A DNA stretch of 62,559 bases, the filler included, from Craspedostauros australis (lineage: Eukaryota): assembly GCA_030167865.1 (NCBI GenBank). It is 8 parts of 8 records of this genome, joined end to end, with 100 filler letters (N's around TTAATTAATTAA, not from the genome) between each part and the next. Parts side by side here need not be neighbours in the genome. Positions count along the whole stretch, not along the records: positions 22,405 to 43,756 come from JALAGF010006699.1; positions 43,857 to 46,899 come from JALAGF010006703.1; 6 more parts are not named here. One strand, given 5' to 3'. Below the pieces are notes generated by a model that ran no database searches, was not told the DNA's origin, and was given only the letters and a program-made list of their open reading frames with translations. Position numbers and translations under genes: made by a program. Shown here in pieces: positions 33,356 to 46,037 of this stretch. Position 1 is the first letter of the stretch; every line of letters starts with the position of its first letter.

Positions 33356-36300
33356 ATGGCGTATCAAGCAGGAGATGTGGTGCAAACAACACACGGCGTC
33401 GGTGTCATCGTTCTAGCTGGCACTGCTGCAAGCACAAAGGCAGATGCAACCCAACAGCAGCAGCAGCAACAGGCGGAGGAGAAAGGCAGCAAGGATGAAT
33501 CCACAACAGCGTCTGCGTTCAAGGTGCTGCTCTCACGCGTTCCAGGAAAGTCGATTAGTTCTGGCACCGTCACATCTCTGCCACAGGATGCGGTACGTTC
33601 GTTGCACTGCCATTCGACGAATATATATATTTGTTTGTGTTGGCGGTACTGCTCCGCTGCTGTGCCAATGCTCGCCTCCTTGCCATTGCCATTCTTCGCA
33701 TCGCACGCACGTGATTCCTGATGCCGCTATTGCTGCTTCTCCTCCCATTTTTTACTGCCTCTCTTTTTCGCACCTTTCTTTGACTGCCGTATTCCAAATG
33801 CAGATCGTTGGCAAACTTCCCGCAGCACCAGGAATGATCACCGAGATGGAGAGTCCTGCAGTGGATGGAGCAGAGGCAAAAAAGACGAGCGTTCTCGTGC
33901 TGTCCTATTCGCCGAAGCAAGACACCTTCACGGTGGTGCCCATGGACAAGATCAAAGAGACTGCAGAGCTGCAGCGGGATGACGAAGAAAAGAAAGAACA
34001 ACAACAACAACAGAAGGCATCACCGGGCGATGACGATGATGATGCGCCGGAGGAGAAAGCTGAGAAGAAACGCGACCCAACCAACAAGCTGGCCAAGCGC
34101 TTCTCGCAGATCTCGCAATCTGGATACGCCATGCTCACCCCTGCCGTGGCGGCCACGTTCGCTCCATCCACAGAGGGCGACGGAACGCGGGGTGCGAACA
34201 AAGCAGCGATCGAGGTTGCGTCAAGTCAAATCCAACCAGCACCGAGCGCCAAATTCTACCCCCTCCTGCTGGAGCTCATGAATCGCGGCGATGAAGCGGC
34301 AACGGTCACATCCACCTTTGTGCAGGACAAGAAGCCTGAGATGGAGGAACTCGTGGAGAAGACAACCCAGATTGTCCAGGATGGTGCGGAGAAGGCGAAG
34401 GAACGGCTGTCCCCTCAAAAGAAAGTGGCAGCAGCAAAAACAACAGAAGATCCTGGGGAATCATCCGACGACAAGCCACTTCTCGACAGGGAGGCCATTG
34501 TGGACGGAGTGGAGACAACCGTCAAGGATCATATTCCAAAGGAAGAGGAGGTGCAGCAACTCCTCACCATGCTCAAGGACGAAGAATTGACGGTGCTGCT
34601 GCAGAAGGGAAAGGAACGTTTGGAACAGCTCGTGAGTAGGGACATACCCGAAGCCACGCACAAAGCGTTGGAGAAGAGCGGCATTCGTATTGCTGGCACA
34701 GAGCATGACGATGGCGACGACGACGATGAAGATGAGTTCTTTGATGCTGACGAAGGCAGCATGCGCAGCGTCAAGTCATCGTACCGTTCAGCGATGATCG
34801 AATCGCAAAAGGCGGCGTTGTCGGCGATGGAGCAGCTTCTGCAGCAGGCCAACATCGACGGCATCGAAAATGTCGAAGACGCTAAGCAGATGGCCGATTC
34901 GCTGCGTGCCCAACTAGGTTCCAACTTCGCCACCATGTTCGATTCCTTGGCCAAGGCCGCCAAATCAGATCGCAATCTCAGTTCCATCTTCGAGACCATA
35001 TCTGGAAAAACAGCCGAGTGGCAGGAAGCCACGGGACGACTCATGTCCACCAAGTCCGCAAGCCTCTTCCTTGAAGGCGCTAGCCGCATCCAGGCCAGGG
35101 CCGCCAACATATTCTCCAAGAACCAAATCAACATCGCAGGCGAGATTGGATCCAAATTCACAAAGGCGTTCACGGAAGGTGACGCCGCCGTTGCACGTCT
35201 CAAATCCATCGAACTCGGCGACAGCGTGCGCAATCGTCTCGTCGCAGCTATTGAGGTCCGAAGTGAGTCGTTGGGAGGCTTGGATGGCATCATCGCAGGT
35301 GCGCTCACCAGCCTGAAGGCAGGCGCTAAAAAAGGACCATCGAACGATCAGATGTCAGAAATGCTCACGGTCCTCCAAACGAAGGCATCGACGTTCTCCA
35401 AGGACGCCAATGAAACCCTGATTTCCGTGCTGGCCAAGAAAAGCGAGTTCCGTGATGTCGCGTTGCTCAAGGTTGAGCAGGTGGTCTGTGATCTCAACGT
35501 CCATTTCGGTGAGGAAATGTCGGCCGAAGATATCGCCGCTGTCGCGCGAGGTGAGGGTGGTACCGCAAAACTGTTCGAACCTGTCGCCAAGCGCGCCGCC
35601 AAGGAAATTGAAAAGCAACTCGATGTCGCCGAAACGAGCGTCACGGATCAAACCATGCTCGACGTCCTCAAGCGCGTGCGCAGGATTGTGTCGGGAGAGC
35701 TCACGGTGACGGCCGTCATGGACGAGGTGGTGAACATCCTGAACGACGAGAAGGTGGTGGCCGCTGGCGAGAACGTGCTGGCAGCAAGCGAGAACGTTCT
35801 GGATGCAATCGAAGGCGTGTCCGGCAACAAGGTCGTCGATGATGTCATGCGGGTGGCGCACAAGGCCGGCATCACGAAGGACTCCGTCATGCAAGGCATC
35901 GAGAAGATCAACGTAAACGAACTGTTGGATACTGCCGGTAACGCCATGACGGATGAAACGGCACGAAAGGCATTACTTTCAGATGCCACCGACACGGCGT
36001 TGGATTTCGTGCTCCGGATCCTGCCTTCCATGCCCGTGCCACCGTTCGATGGCGTTCGCGATGGGCTGGTATACCACGTCTCCAACCTCTCCATGGAAGG
36101 ATTCAAGGTTAAGAAGGAGACCATCTTTGTGGAAGTTGCTGGGATGCATGCCACGAAGAAGAAGGATCACAAGCGTCCGCAGCCTTCGGATGGCGAGGAG
36201 CAAACACCAGCCGGAACCGCAGCAGTAGCAGTAGCTGCAGGCACAACAGAAGGGGATGGAATGGACGCTACGAGCACGGACGCAGCAGCATCAACAGCTA

Positions 36301-38309
36301 GTGCACACACACAAACAGAACACCCACCTATCCTTCGAACAGAGAGCACGGAATCCACCATGTTGGAAATCGAACCAGGCTGGCTCAACAGAGAAAAGAC
36401 AGTCAAGGCATCCGAACTGCTCATCATCGAAGTTGAGGAAGTATCTGCTGAATTCAATGATGCCATGTGGAGCTTCGAACAGACGTATCTACCGTACCTG
36501 AAGGGTGATGGCAAGGTCGACGTGAAGATGTTCAACGGTGGCATCCGTCTGGCCTTCGAGCTGAGACGACGGTTGAAGGCCGGTGAAGAGAAGGCGGAAG
36601 AGTTCGATGCTTCGCAATGGGAGCCCGTCCTCTGCCTTCACGATCGGAAGTGTTCCATTGGGGCCGTGGAATTGACGATGCAGGGCGGTGGTCGATTGGC
36701 CTGGGTCGTCAACAAGCTCGCTGCCATCTTCAAAGGGCCTTTGCGTGATTATGTCGTACGGACGATCCTCAACATCCTCTCCGACAAGAGCGGATGGATC
36801 CTTTCCAAGCTCAATCAAGGACTCTCCCCGTATTGGGACGTAATCATGCGAACGGCCAAGCTGGAACTGGATGTGCTGGAGGAGGCCACCAGCGAAGACA
36901 TCGTGGCTGCAAAGCCCGTGGATAATTCCAATTTTGTTGAGCTCGTGTGGAGGGATCCTATCCCACTGGGCATGAACTTGCTGCTCAACGATGAAAGCGG
37001 CCAGCTCAAGGTGGTCGACTTTCCACGCGGCAGTCAAGCGAGAGCCGTCTGCGAGCGCAAGAACTTGGATCCCGTAGGCTTTGAGGGCGCTGCCATCATT
37101 GGTGTGAATGGGATACGCCATTCCAGCGACGAGGATTTGTACGAAGCCTTGCGCGATCCTGGACGCCCCAAGACCATCATGTTCGAGCTGGCGGACAGCG
37201 ACGATGCGGAGCGGGTCAAACGTTTCGTGGAACAGAGCATGAAGAAGGAAGGGTCAGCAGACGACCATGACGCCGATGCCGACGCGGCAGCAGAAGATAC
37301 GCCAAGAACATTCCAAAGCAAGTCGGTCACATTCGAAGATAGCATCGAGCTGGGCATCGAATTCGCACCATCACAAGACAAGGTGTGCCTGGTCATCAAG
37401 TCCTTTTTGGAAGGCCCCGATGGCGTCGTCTTGGCGGCACAGCGGAATGACAAGATACAGATAGGGGATTTACTCACGCATGTCAATGATCAACTGGTGA
37501 TCGGCGATGATGGCAAGGGACAGGAACAGGCTTTGAAGCTACTGGAAGAAGTTGGAGGACAACGGCCTCTCAAGCTGACGCTCGCGGAACCGTACTTGCG
37601 ACGCGAAATATTCGAACGGCCCGAGGCTCTGCCATTCGCCATTGGGGGACCTTCCGAATTCGTGTTGGAAGAGCACAAGCCTACCGACGGCGGCCCGAAG
37701 CGGATCATCGTCAAGGACTTCAAGACTGTCGATGGGGTGGCGGAGAATTTCGGCGTGCTGCTTGGTGATCATCTCGTCTTCATTAACGGCGTGTCCGTCG
37801 GGGCCGGCTGCCGATGGATCGGCGAGCGAATCGTGCCCTCGCTGGATGAAGTCATCAACATGATGGCATCGAAGGATTCGTACCCCATCGGCCTGACCTT
37901 TGCAAGACCGAAGCATCAGTCTCAGCAGCGCATGGCATCGTACTTCATCTCGTCACCCAAGCAGGATGATGCCTTCGTGATGAACAACGCAGAGACGATT
38001 TGCGTGACTGCCGAAAAGTACGAACAGCTGGGCTGCATCTTGGAAAACAAGAACAACACGACGGACGTGATCGTCACGGATTTCCAAGCCGTGCCTGGTC
38101 CATTCCAGGCGCAGATGAAGCCGCACCGAGATTCCTCCACGAGGAAGTTCCATTTGTCGATTGAATCGATCAATGGCCAATTCGTGCCTGGCTACGCCAC
38201 TTCGCAGATCGTTCGCAACGCCATGCAGCGGAGCTGGAAATCCGACAACCGGGTTGAAGTTCTGTTCTGTGACGATGAGCGCAAGGAGTGGGTGCGATCG
38301 TTGCAGTAG
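33356..38309 (+). CDS. ~1580-aa protein: helical region, BPI/TULIP (HAM1_C/DUF4449)-like domain, 3-4 PDZ-like repeats; exons 33356-33592 and 33804-38309
   Basis: ATG 33356; a GTACGT..TTTGAC..CAG intron at 33593-33803 joins both ORFs in phase 0. Motifs LGMNL..GAAIIGVNG, LGIEF..IQIGDLLTHVND, VLLGDHLVFING. Confidence 0.8.
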
Positions 38310-38922
38310 GATGCACGTATGTGCGGGCTCTTGCAGTCGTCTTCGGATGTCTACGAAATACCTGAATGGATGGGCATTCGGGCAGAGGCCACGGCAAGAA
38401 TACTGGCAAGAGCACGGACACGAGCGGAATTACGTATAATATGATTGGGATGCTGCGGCAACAGGCACAACACAACTTGACGACATCCCAAAAGTTATGC
38501 GAACAACCACCTTTGTTCGCAAGGGAAGGAGATTGGGCAGAAACAGTAGCACCGTCAGCAGCATCAGCACGAGCGAGGACGGCATCGGGCACACTCGGAA
38601 CAGTAGCCAAGATTGATGCCGTGGATAGAGCTGCTGAACATCATTCGGCTCGCAATGAGTTAGCATCCGATATCGGCCAATGAAGTTCAAACAGTCCAGA
38701 AAGTACTCTGTCCTGCTATATACGAGTGTTCTGATTGAATCGTTTAGCTGGAATCGCTTGGCAGGGATGTCTTCTACTGTTGTATTTCCACGACTCCGAC
38801 CATCACTTCGTACGCTCGCACAATTGTGCCAGATGCGTCGATTGCTGATATCATGGGAATACGTACACATACGTATCATTGAGCGTCACCATCCCTATCA
38901 TACATGCGCTAACATCTTACTC

Positions 38923-41046
38923 CTATTCCTCCATGTCATCACTGTCATCGTCAGAATCCGAATCATCGTCATCCGAACCGCTGCTGCTGCTGCTATCGTC
39001 CTTTTTCCACTTGGCAGCCATCTCCAGAATCTTGAGCGCACCAGCGTTGTTATCCTCGTCGTCTGGGAATTGGTAATCGAAGTACTCCTCCCATCCGAGG
39101 TCGTTGCCGGCATCGTCCTTGCGCATGCGTTTTCTCTTGACGCGGCGCGGCATCATCTTGTCCACCTTGGACAGGCTCTGGGTGTCGCCGCTCTGCTTCT
39201 CCACATCCCGCCAGGCATCGAGCAGGAGGACGCGTTCTTCGTTGAGCTTCTGCTCCTTGAGCTGCGCGTAGGCCTTGTCGAAGATGTCGCGGGCCGTGCT
39301 AACGCCCTCTCCGATGGCGGAGGTACCTTCGAACTGGGCGAAGGAGATCCAGACCTTGACGTGGCTCGTGCGTTCCAGCAGACGCTGGTACAGGCCGCGC
39401 ACCTTGGCGGATTCGCCCTCGTCGATTTCAAAATCAATGTACGACTTCCAGAGCATCTCCGGCATGTCGAGCGCGGTCTGCGAGATGGCGAGCTCGTAGA
39501 TGGCACGGCAACGGTCGGTCTCGCCGACGTTCTTTTCGAGCTCGGCGAATTTGGACCAAGCCCCGCAGTTGTTGGGCATGGCCTTGAGGTAGTTGCCGTA
39601 CAGCGCGCGGCATCGATCAATCTCGCCGAGGGCCAGCTCGAGGGCGATGTATTCCTGGAACAGCGATTCCTTCTCGCCGGACGTGACTCCGATGGCGCGT
39701 CCGAAGAGCTTACGTGCCTGGGTCAATTCCCTGCGTCGGACGAGCAGTTTGGCGGCTTGGATCCATATCTTGGCGAAGGTGAAGGCCTTGTGCGGGATGA
39801 CGCCGATGCAGGCATCGTACACTTGCGAGGCGCGTTCGAGGTCCTTGTTGCTGAGCTCCTCCCAGACCGCGTAATAGATCCACAGGTATATGTATCGCTT
39901 CCAGTGCTCCTTGGTGTCTGATGACGGTGGCAGCTGCGTGACGGCACGTTCGTAGACATCCCTGACTCCCTCCACGGTACCGTGCTCCTGCTCGAGCTTG
40001 GCGTATTCGAACCATGCGTCGTAATCGTGCGGTGAAGCCTCGAGGTGCTTCTGGTACTTGGATCGTTGGTTGCGGTAGACCACGTCTTCGATGCCTTTCC
40101 TGTCTCCAAACTTCTTTTCAAAGTCGAGGTAGGAGTTGTACAGCTCCTTTCGTCGTTCAATTTCGTATTCTGGTAGATCCTCGTCGTCGCCGTCCTCTGC
40201 CTTGAGCGCGGGCGCGTCGTCGCCCAGCTTGAGCAGCTTGAGGGCGTGCTTGTAGATGACCCTCGCGCGATCGTATTCGCCCTGACGCTCCTCGAAGGAA
40301 GCGAATTGCTTGAAGACTCTGGCCTGCCGCGATTCCTCCGGCTCGAGCTCGTGCAGGGCGGATTCGAAGATGGTGCGTGCTAGATCGACCTGCTTGGCCT
40401 CCCACTCGGCCCACTTGGCGAATTTGAGGAAGGCTCTGGCGCAGGGGTAGGTGTTGACGTAGCGTCGCATGACTGCCTCCGCCCGATCGACCTTGGTGTG
40501 GCGCGTCTCGAAGCGGGCGTAGGACAGCCAGGCATTGTCATCCGGCTCCCACTTCATCCACCGCTCAAAGACGGCGCGGCACTTGGGAACGTCCTGCACC
40601 ATCTCCTCCATGTAGACGTACTTGTACCACAGAAAGTCGACGCGCGGCAGCAGCTGCACGGCGCGGTCCAGCACGTTGCGCGCGCGGTTGACGAATTCAT
40701 TGCGCATCTCGAATTCGGCATATCGCAGCCACAGCTCTCCGGAGCGTCCATCGACCTCCAGCGCACGTTCGAAGATGCTGCGCGCGCGTTCGTATTCCTT
40801 GTGCTCCTCTTCCAGCCGTGCGTACTTGACCCAATTTCCGATGTGCTCGCGGCGGTAGCGGATGTTGTCCTCGAAGTGCTTGCGGCGGTCGCTCAGGTAG
40901 GACTGGTACTCCTCGGCGTCATGGATCTTCACCACGGGATCCAGGATGTTCTGCTCCTGACGGTCCGAGGCCTCGCGCAGGATCTGTTCTGCGGAGATCT
41001 GCACCGGCGCCGGGGCGCGGTTCTTCACCTGTCCTGGCCTCGACAT
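38923..41046 (-). CDS. CRNKL1: Crooked neck / Clf1 / Syf3 pre-mRNA splicing factor (HAT repeats), 707 aa
   Basis: VKNRAPAPVQISAEQILREA, RARSIFERAL, WKRYIYLWIYYA, ALDMPEMLWKSYIDFE, EEYFDYQFPDD..LKILEMAAKWK. Confidence 0.97.
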   Translation of the reverse strand: MSRPGQVKNRAPAPVQISAEQILREASDRQEQNILDPVVKIHDAEEYQSYLSDRRKHFEDNIRYRREHIGNWVKYARLEEEHKEYERARSIFERALEVDGRSGELWLRYAEFEMRNEFVNRARNVLDRAVQLLPRVDFLWYKYVYMEEMVQDVPKCRAVFERWMKWEPDDNAWLSYARFETRHTKVDRAEAVMRRYVNTYPCARAFLKFAKWAEWEAKQVDLARTIFESALHELEPEESRQARVFKQFASFEERQGEYDRARVIYKHALKLLKLGDDAPALKAEDGDDEDLPEYEIERRKELYNSYLDFEKKFGDRKGIEDVVYRNQRSKYQKHLEASPHDYDAWFEYAKLEQEHGTVEGVRDVYERAVTQLPPSSDTKEHWKRYIYLWIYYAVWEELSNKDLERASQVYDACIGVIPHKAFTFAKIWIQAAKLLVRRRELTQARKLFGRAIGVTSGEKESLFQEYIALELALGEIDRCRALYGNYLKAMPNNCGAWSKFAELEKNVGETDRCRAIYELAISQTALDMPEMLWKSYIDFEIDEGESAKVRGLYQRLLERTSHVKVWISFAQFEGTSAIGEGVSTARDIFDKAYAQLKEQKLNEERVLLLDAWRDVEKQSGDTQSLSKVDKMMPRRVKRKRMRKDDAGNDLGWEEYFDYQFPDDEDNNAGALKILEMAAKWKKDDSSSSSGSDDDDSDSDDDSDDMEE

Positions 41047-41622
41047 CTTGCCTGTCTCTTGTCAAGTGATACCACCCAGCTCAATTCAACTCAATTCAAC
41101 TCAACTCAAATGAATAATAATCGATTCAAGTCCGGCCTGTCCTCGTATTGTAGTTGCAACGCAAGCCGAGGCACATGCGCAATCGAAGAAGCTGTGTGAT
41201 TTCGAGAACAAGCGAGGGAGGGTCATCAACGACAGGACGGAGAGACGAAGGAGCGGCCACATTTTTCTTTGGCGCCTCTTTTTTGCTGGTTGTCGGAGTG
41301 ATGTGGTGGGAGAAGGACAGACAAGACGTGCATGACACGGTCGATTGAGTCGACAGAGAGTGATTGGTAGGATGGACAGACGGAATTCCTACAAGACAAC
41401 GCGCAGTACGACACAACACGAAACAACACAGCGAACAACACCATGTCCATCTCATCGCGGGACATCAGCACGCCCACACCCATCACACCCCGACGTGGAC
41501 AACCAAGTCAACTTCCTGGCACCAAACAAGGAGCGACCTGACCGACATCTTCAGCTGCGTATCACGAAACATCAAAGCACAGTACTCTGCTCGACATTGC
41601 GTTGCGCTACCGCCCAATCAAC

Positions 41623-42159
41623 ATGGCATCCATCTGCAGAGCTGCAACTGTCGCAGCATCACGAACACAGGTGCAGAGCCAATTGCGGGTGCAATGGACG
41701 CCGTCCTCCATCTCGGAAACGCTGCCATCCATCTCCTGTCTTTGCGCTCACTTTGACGATGCCCTCAACATCGGCGGCGTGACGGCCGCATCCGCCAGAC
41801 ATCGCAGCAATCGCTCCCGCCGTGGTCTGTACGACGGCAAGGACGTGCGCAGCGGCAACAACGTTTCCTTCTCCATGAAGGCCACCAGGCGCAAATTCAA
41901 GCCCAACGTCTTTCGCAAGCGGCTGTATTCCGAGACGCTCGATGAGATGGTCCGTTTCCATGTCACCACCAGCGCGCTGCGATCCATCGACAAGGCCGGC
42001 GGTCTGGACAACTACCTGCTTTCCAGCAAGCACGTTCTGGAAGGGGAAGGTCTCATGGCCAAGAAACGCATTGTCCAACGCAAGAAGCTCATGGCGAGGT
42101 TGCAGCAGAAGGCGGCGGAGGCATCGGATGCGGCATCATCCCTCCAAGAACACCAGTAG
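41623..42159 (+). CDS. MRPL28: Mitochondrial ribosomal protein bL28m, 178 aa
   Basis: Arg/Ser-rich presequence, then SNRSRRGLYDGK..GNNVSFS...TRRKFKPNV..VTTSALRSIDKAGGLDNYLL. Confidence 0.93.
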   Translation: MASICRAATVAASRTQVQSQLRVQWTPSSISETLPSISCLCAHFDDALNIGGVTAASARHRSNRSRRGLYDGKDVRSGNNVSFSMKATRRKFKPNVFRKRLYSETLDEMVRFHVTTSALRSIDKAGGLDNYLLSSKHVLEGEGLMAKKRIVQRKKLMARLQQKAAEASDAASSLQEHQ

Positions 42160-43399
42160 CGGTAGCATTAGTGGTAGCAACAAGCACGAAACAAAAACAT
42201 TTCAAACAACGACTTCACGATTCACAAAGTCAGCGGCCGAGTTGCCAAGCTGATGTTCACCAAACGCACGTCGAGTGGCATCGGTGCAATGCAAAGGACT
42301 CCGTCCTACTCTTCCTGTCTTTCTTTCTTTCTCTACCCTTGCGTGTGCTATTATTGGCACGCATTGCACGTATTGTATTGTATTGTGTGATATGTGTGGC
42401 GTAATATGATATTATCCTCATTTGATGATGGTTCATCTGTTCTGCTCAGCTCTACATAGTTCTGCCTAGCATCCTCCATTGATGGTAGACTATCAATGGC
42501 CTACCATGGTGGTACAAGTTCCGAATGGCCTTCTGGGAGACAAGTGAACTCCCCAATTGAAGCTAGTTTCGTGCTCACAACAGCTTTCGCGCCAAAATCA
42601 GGCCATCCACAGCCATTCCCACACGGAATCCATCCTCCCCAGCTGAGGAGACGTTGCCGCTCGCATATGTTCGACGATGTCCAGCCACTTTGCATTTCTG
42701 GTTTCATAGTGACAACGTTGCGTCAGAGCTTTCCTCGTTCTTGCGTGAAGACTGGCAAGTGGCGAGGACTACCCCCCACCGCGTGACCTGTGATCTGCCT
42801 TGAGCACATCTGTCAGTGGACGATCAATTTCGAACATCATGGGAAGAGAGAGAGAAGGAGAGAACGCGCGAAACAGAAAGCCGCCAATCCTGTGCGCTCG
42901 TAGGGCGGACGTGTACGAGGAGGCGCAGGCCCAATCCTCCACTTGTGTGTGGAAAGACGCGCTGACATTGCTTGGCCCGCGCAGATGCGTCAATCTTCTG
43001 CCACAGCGGAAAGGTCCGCGGGTGATTGGGAGGATAGTGCTCTACAGGGCGAAGTGTTGGCAGCGTCTTGCATCCGACCCCTACGGCGACGAAAAGCGAC
43101 AAACAAATCCTGTTCCATTCCTGCACGAAGCATGCGCCGAATGTCGATGACATGTGGACGTTTCTCTCTAGTTGACACTTGAATTCTTTGTGAAATATCT
43201 TGGGGAGGCGGGAATACTCTACAAGTATAGCACGATGCGTTGGCGTTGGGTTCGCTGCGTATTCTCCCTTCGCTGCCTCCAACGTCGTTCGTGGTCGTGC
43301 TTTCTGTTAATCGCGTGCGTCTCCGTATCCGTGGGAGAAGCAGGGACATGACATTCGCCTCACATCATCGTCTATGGTAGTACACCTGCACGACCTATG

Positions 43400-43756
43400 G
43401 CCCCATTCAGCGAAGTCGAGTATTATTCTGCGGATTTGAGATACTGAAACGCGATATTTTTAGACATCGATTTTTCGTCTTGTCCATTAGGGTTAGATAT
43501 ATTTAGCTAGCTTCTACGACACAAATACATGGCTGGCTTGTCCTCACCGTAGACGAAAATGGTGACGTCATTGACGGTCGATGCCAGACTGAGATGGTAT
43601 CCAGCGGCCTCGATGGTGATGTTGTGAAAGGTTCAGCGCTACGTTCATTCCTTGTGTTGTCGATGGTTTGGCTCTGGTGTGCGTTACCTCCTTTGTGCGT
43701 GGGATGTCAAACAGCACGGTGTTGGTGGTGGCATCCCTACACGTCCACTTCCACGT
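43400..43756 (+). repeat. Dispersed repeat homologous to the interior of the Harbinger element (~17340-17720)
   Basis: Shared TAGGGTTAGA.ATATTTAGCTA..CTACGACAC..GGCTGGCTTGTCCTCA..TGACGTCATTGACGGTCGATG; the left boundary is approximate. Confidence 0.75.
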
Positions 43757-43856
43757 NNNNNNNNNNNNNNNNNNNNNNNNNNNNNNNNNNNNNNNNNNNN
43801 TTAATTAATTAANNNNNNNNNNNNNNNNNNNNNNNNNNNNNNNNNNNNNNNNNNNN

Positions 43857-44333
43857 ATCAAAGCCGGGCACCTTGTGGCTGTGCTGTTGCACCGCATCAA
43901 ACGCACCTGCCAACACCTTGTGAAGGAAGACGTATGCGGATAGCCAATGGGGTAGCACACCAAAGCTGCTAGCATATTTCAGCTGCAGGCCAGGGTTGGC
44001 ACGATCCACAAGGCCTTCGGACTGGAGCTTGGCAGTCAGCTTCTGGTTCATGTCGAAGATGCGAGCGCCTGGCACGTTGTTAGGGATGATCGACGCATGT
44101 GGGAGGAAGGCGTCCAACGGGCAGAAATGGACATCGATGGACGCCGCTGCCGTCTGGAGCTGCGCGTACCACACGAAGATGTGATCGGGGTCGTCACTGG
44201 TGAGCTTGACGCTCCAGCGGTCCCACGCGGGCTGTACGCCGAACTCGAGCCGCTCCACAGCCTCACCGATAGAGTAGCTGGGATGCCGCTTGACGGAAGG
44301 GCTGGCGTTGGCGACAGCGTACGGGACACCGGA
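43857..44333 (-). pseudogene. gag: Gag fragment of a related CoDi-like element, cut by an LTR insertion
   Basis: SGVPYAVANASP..VERLEFGVQPAWDRW..HFCPL..WLSAYVFLH aligns to the gag at 27950-28435; homology stops at 44333. Confidence 0.85.
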
Positions 44334-45081
44334 TGTTGGAAATCCGGGTGTTATAGTTAGTACTAAATTCTAATCTGCTGTTAGAAACTGTACCGTTTTA
44401 GAACTGTGAGCACAATCNCACTTTCTCTTCCGATTTCGTTTTCTTGACAGGCATCTGTCGCGGTAACGACACGGGGCATCCTGTTGTNTCTTAGGTGCTT
44501 TCCCTCTTCGTTCATCATGCTCTGTTCTTGCTTCCTTGTCTCTGCATCGTCGTAGCTGTCTACGCTTGCATGGTAGGATCTGCATTCTTGAGCATTTGCC
44601 TATCTCATGTTTTCGTCGTTGATTCTCATGACACCGTCGTCTCATGATCGATGTCATCTTTGGTGATGTTCCAAACCTGCGGATATTCTGATCCTTTCTG
44701 ATGTTCCAAACCTGCAGATGTTCTTGTCCGCAGGAGGGGCGCATGCTGTCCTCTGAAGAAGGTGCGTCATTTGCCCATGGACTTGCCGTTCTGATCGACG
44801 TCGTCGTCTGCATGGTTGCCATGGTTGGCTTGGTATCGGGACCTCCTGATCCGCCATAGGTGTCGTCCTTGCGTTACTGGAGGACAGGCTATCTTCCTCA
44901 CGGTAATACGGGTGTCAATCGCGTCCGTATCCTTAGTCATAGTCATATTGACATGGTATACAAAGGTGTGACAAATAGTCTCAGAACATGTGACGAATAA
45001 TATTCAAAGCTGTGACGAACAATGTTGGGAGGTGCGGCAATCACGGGTATTCCGACAAAGTCGTACCCTCAATTCCTAACA
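44334..45081 (-). repeat. 3' LTR (~750 bp) of a second Copia lineage
   Basis: TGTT...AACA bounded; preceded on the minus strand by a purine tract GGAAGGG just downstream of the RNase H stop. Confidence 0.7.
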
Positions 45082-45155
45082 CCCTTCCATTGTCGCATCG
45101 ACAACATAACATCCATCATCACCATCCTTATCTCTCACCTTTCGCCTTACTCCCA

Positions 45156-45542
45156 TTAATCCATTGCAGACCACAGTTGGATGAAGTGATTCTTGTGGTT
45201 GTCGTAGATCTCCTTTTTGGTGTTCTTTGTGAAGCCGTCTGCGATGTTGTCTTCCGATCGCACGAATTTGGTTATGGCTTCTCCATTTTTAACGAGCTCA
45301 CGTATGAAGTGATGTCGGATGTCGATGTGCCTTGTCCTTGCGGACGTCGATGGGTTGGAGGCGATGAAGATCGCTCTGACGTTGTCGATCATAACGTCCG
45401 CGGGCTTGAGCATCTTCAATCCGATGTCGCTCATCAGTTGCGTCACGAAGCGGATCTCTTTTCCCGCTTCGGACAGTGCGACGTACTCTGCTTCTGTCGA
45501 GCTGAGTGTTACGCTGCGCTGTGCTTTCGATCTCCATATGAT
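45156..45542 (-). pseudogene. pol: Copia RNase H C-terminal fragment
   Basis: WRSKAQRSVTLSSTEAEYVA..ARTRHIDIRHHFIRE..DNIADGFTK. Confidence 0.9.
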
Positions 45543-45987
45543 TGTTGGCAAGTTCCGCTCACGGTAACCTACGATCGTGGAAGATGGTGTTGGTTGATAG
45601 TCGTCTGTTTGCTATTTCATTACNNNNNNNNNNNNNNNNNNNNNNNNNNNNNNNNNNNNNNNNNNNNNNNNNNNNNNNNNNNNNNNNNNNNNNNNNNNNN
45701 NNGTCTCCGACTATGAGTCGGTACGCGAGATCCTCTCTCGCTCCTCTCTGTATTCTCTCTCTCTCTCTCTCACCATCGTGTGCTCGTGCTACATGATACT
45801 CCGTGTTCGATGCGTGCTCCGCATTCGACATTCCGTTCATTCAGTACTGACTTCTACTCCATGAGTACTTACCATTTGAAGTTCACCTTCAGTATCCATG
45901 ATCTCATGGGTCATCGTATCTTCATCTCCTGCTCTGACTTGGAGACAGCTGTCGACGTGGTGACATGTTGACATCCTGTCGACGTCA
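45543..45987. repeat. LTR family B copy inserted into the Copia RNase H
   Basis: Starts TGTTGGCAAG exactly where RNase H homology to ~46200 breaks; similar to 52411-52860. Confidence 0.75.
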
Positions 45988-46037
45988 NNNNNNNNNNNNN
46001 NNNNNNNNNNNNNNNNNNNNNNNNNNNNNNNNNNNNN

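Noticed and set aside
33444..33803. N-terminus of the 1621-aa ORF as listed in the track
   Set aside because: It reads through an intron; the real first exon is in another frame from ATG 33356.
38680..39921. 413-aa plus-strand ORF (likewise 28044-29216 and 279-806)
   Set aside because: Antisense shadows of CRNKL1, gag and the MULE transposase.
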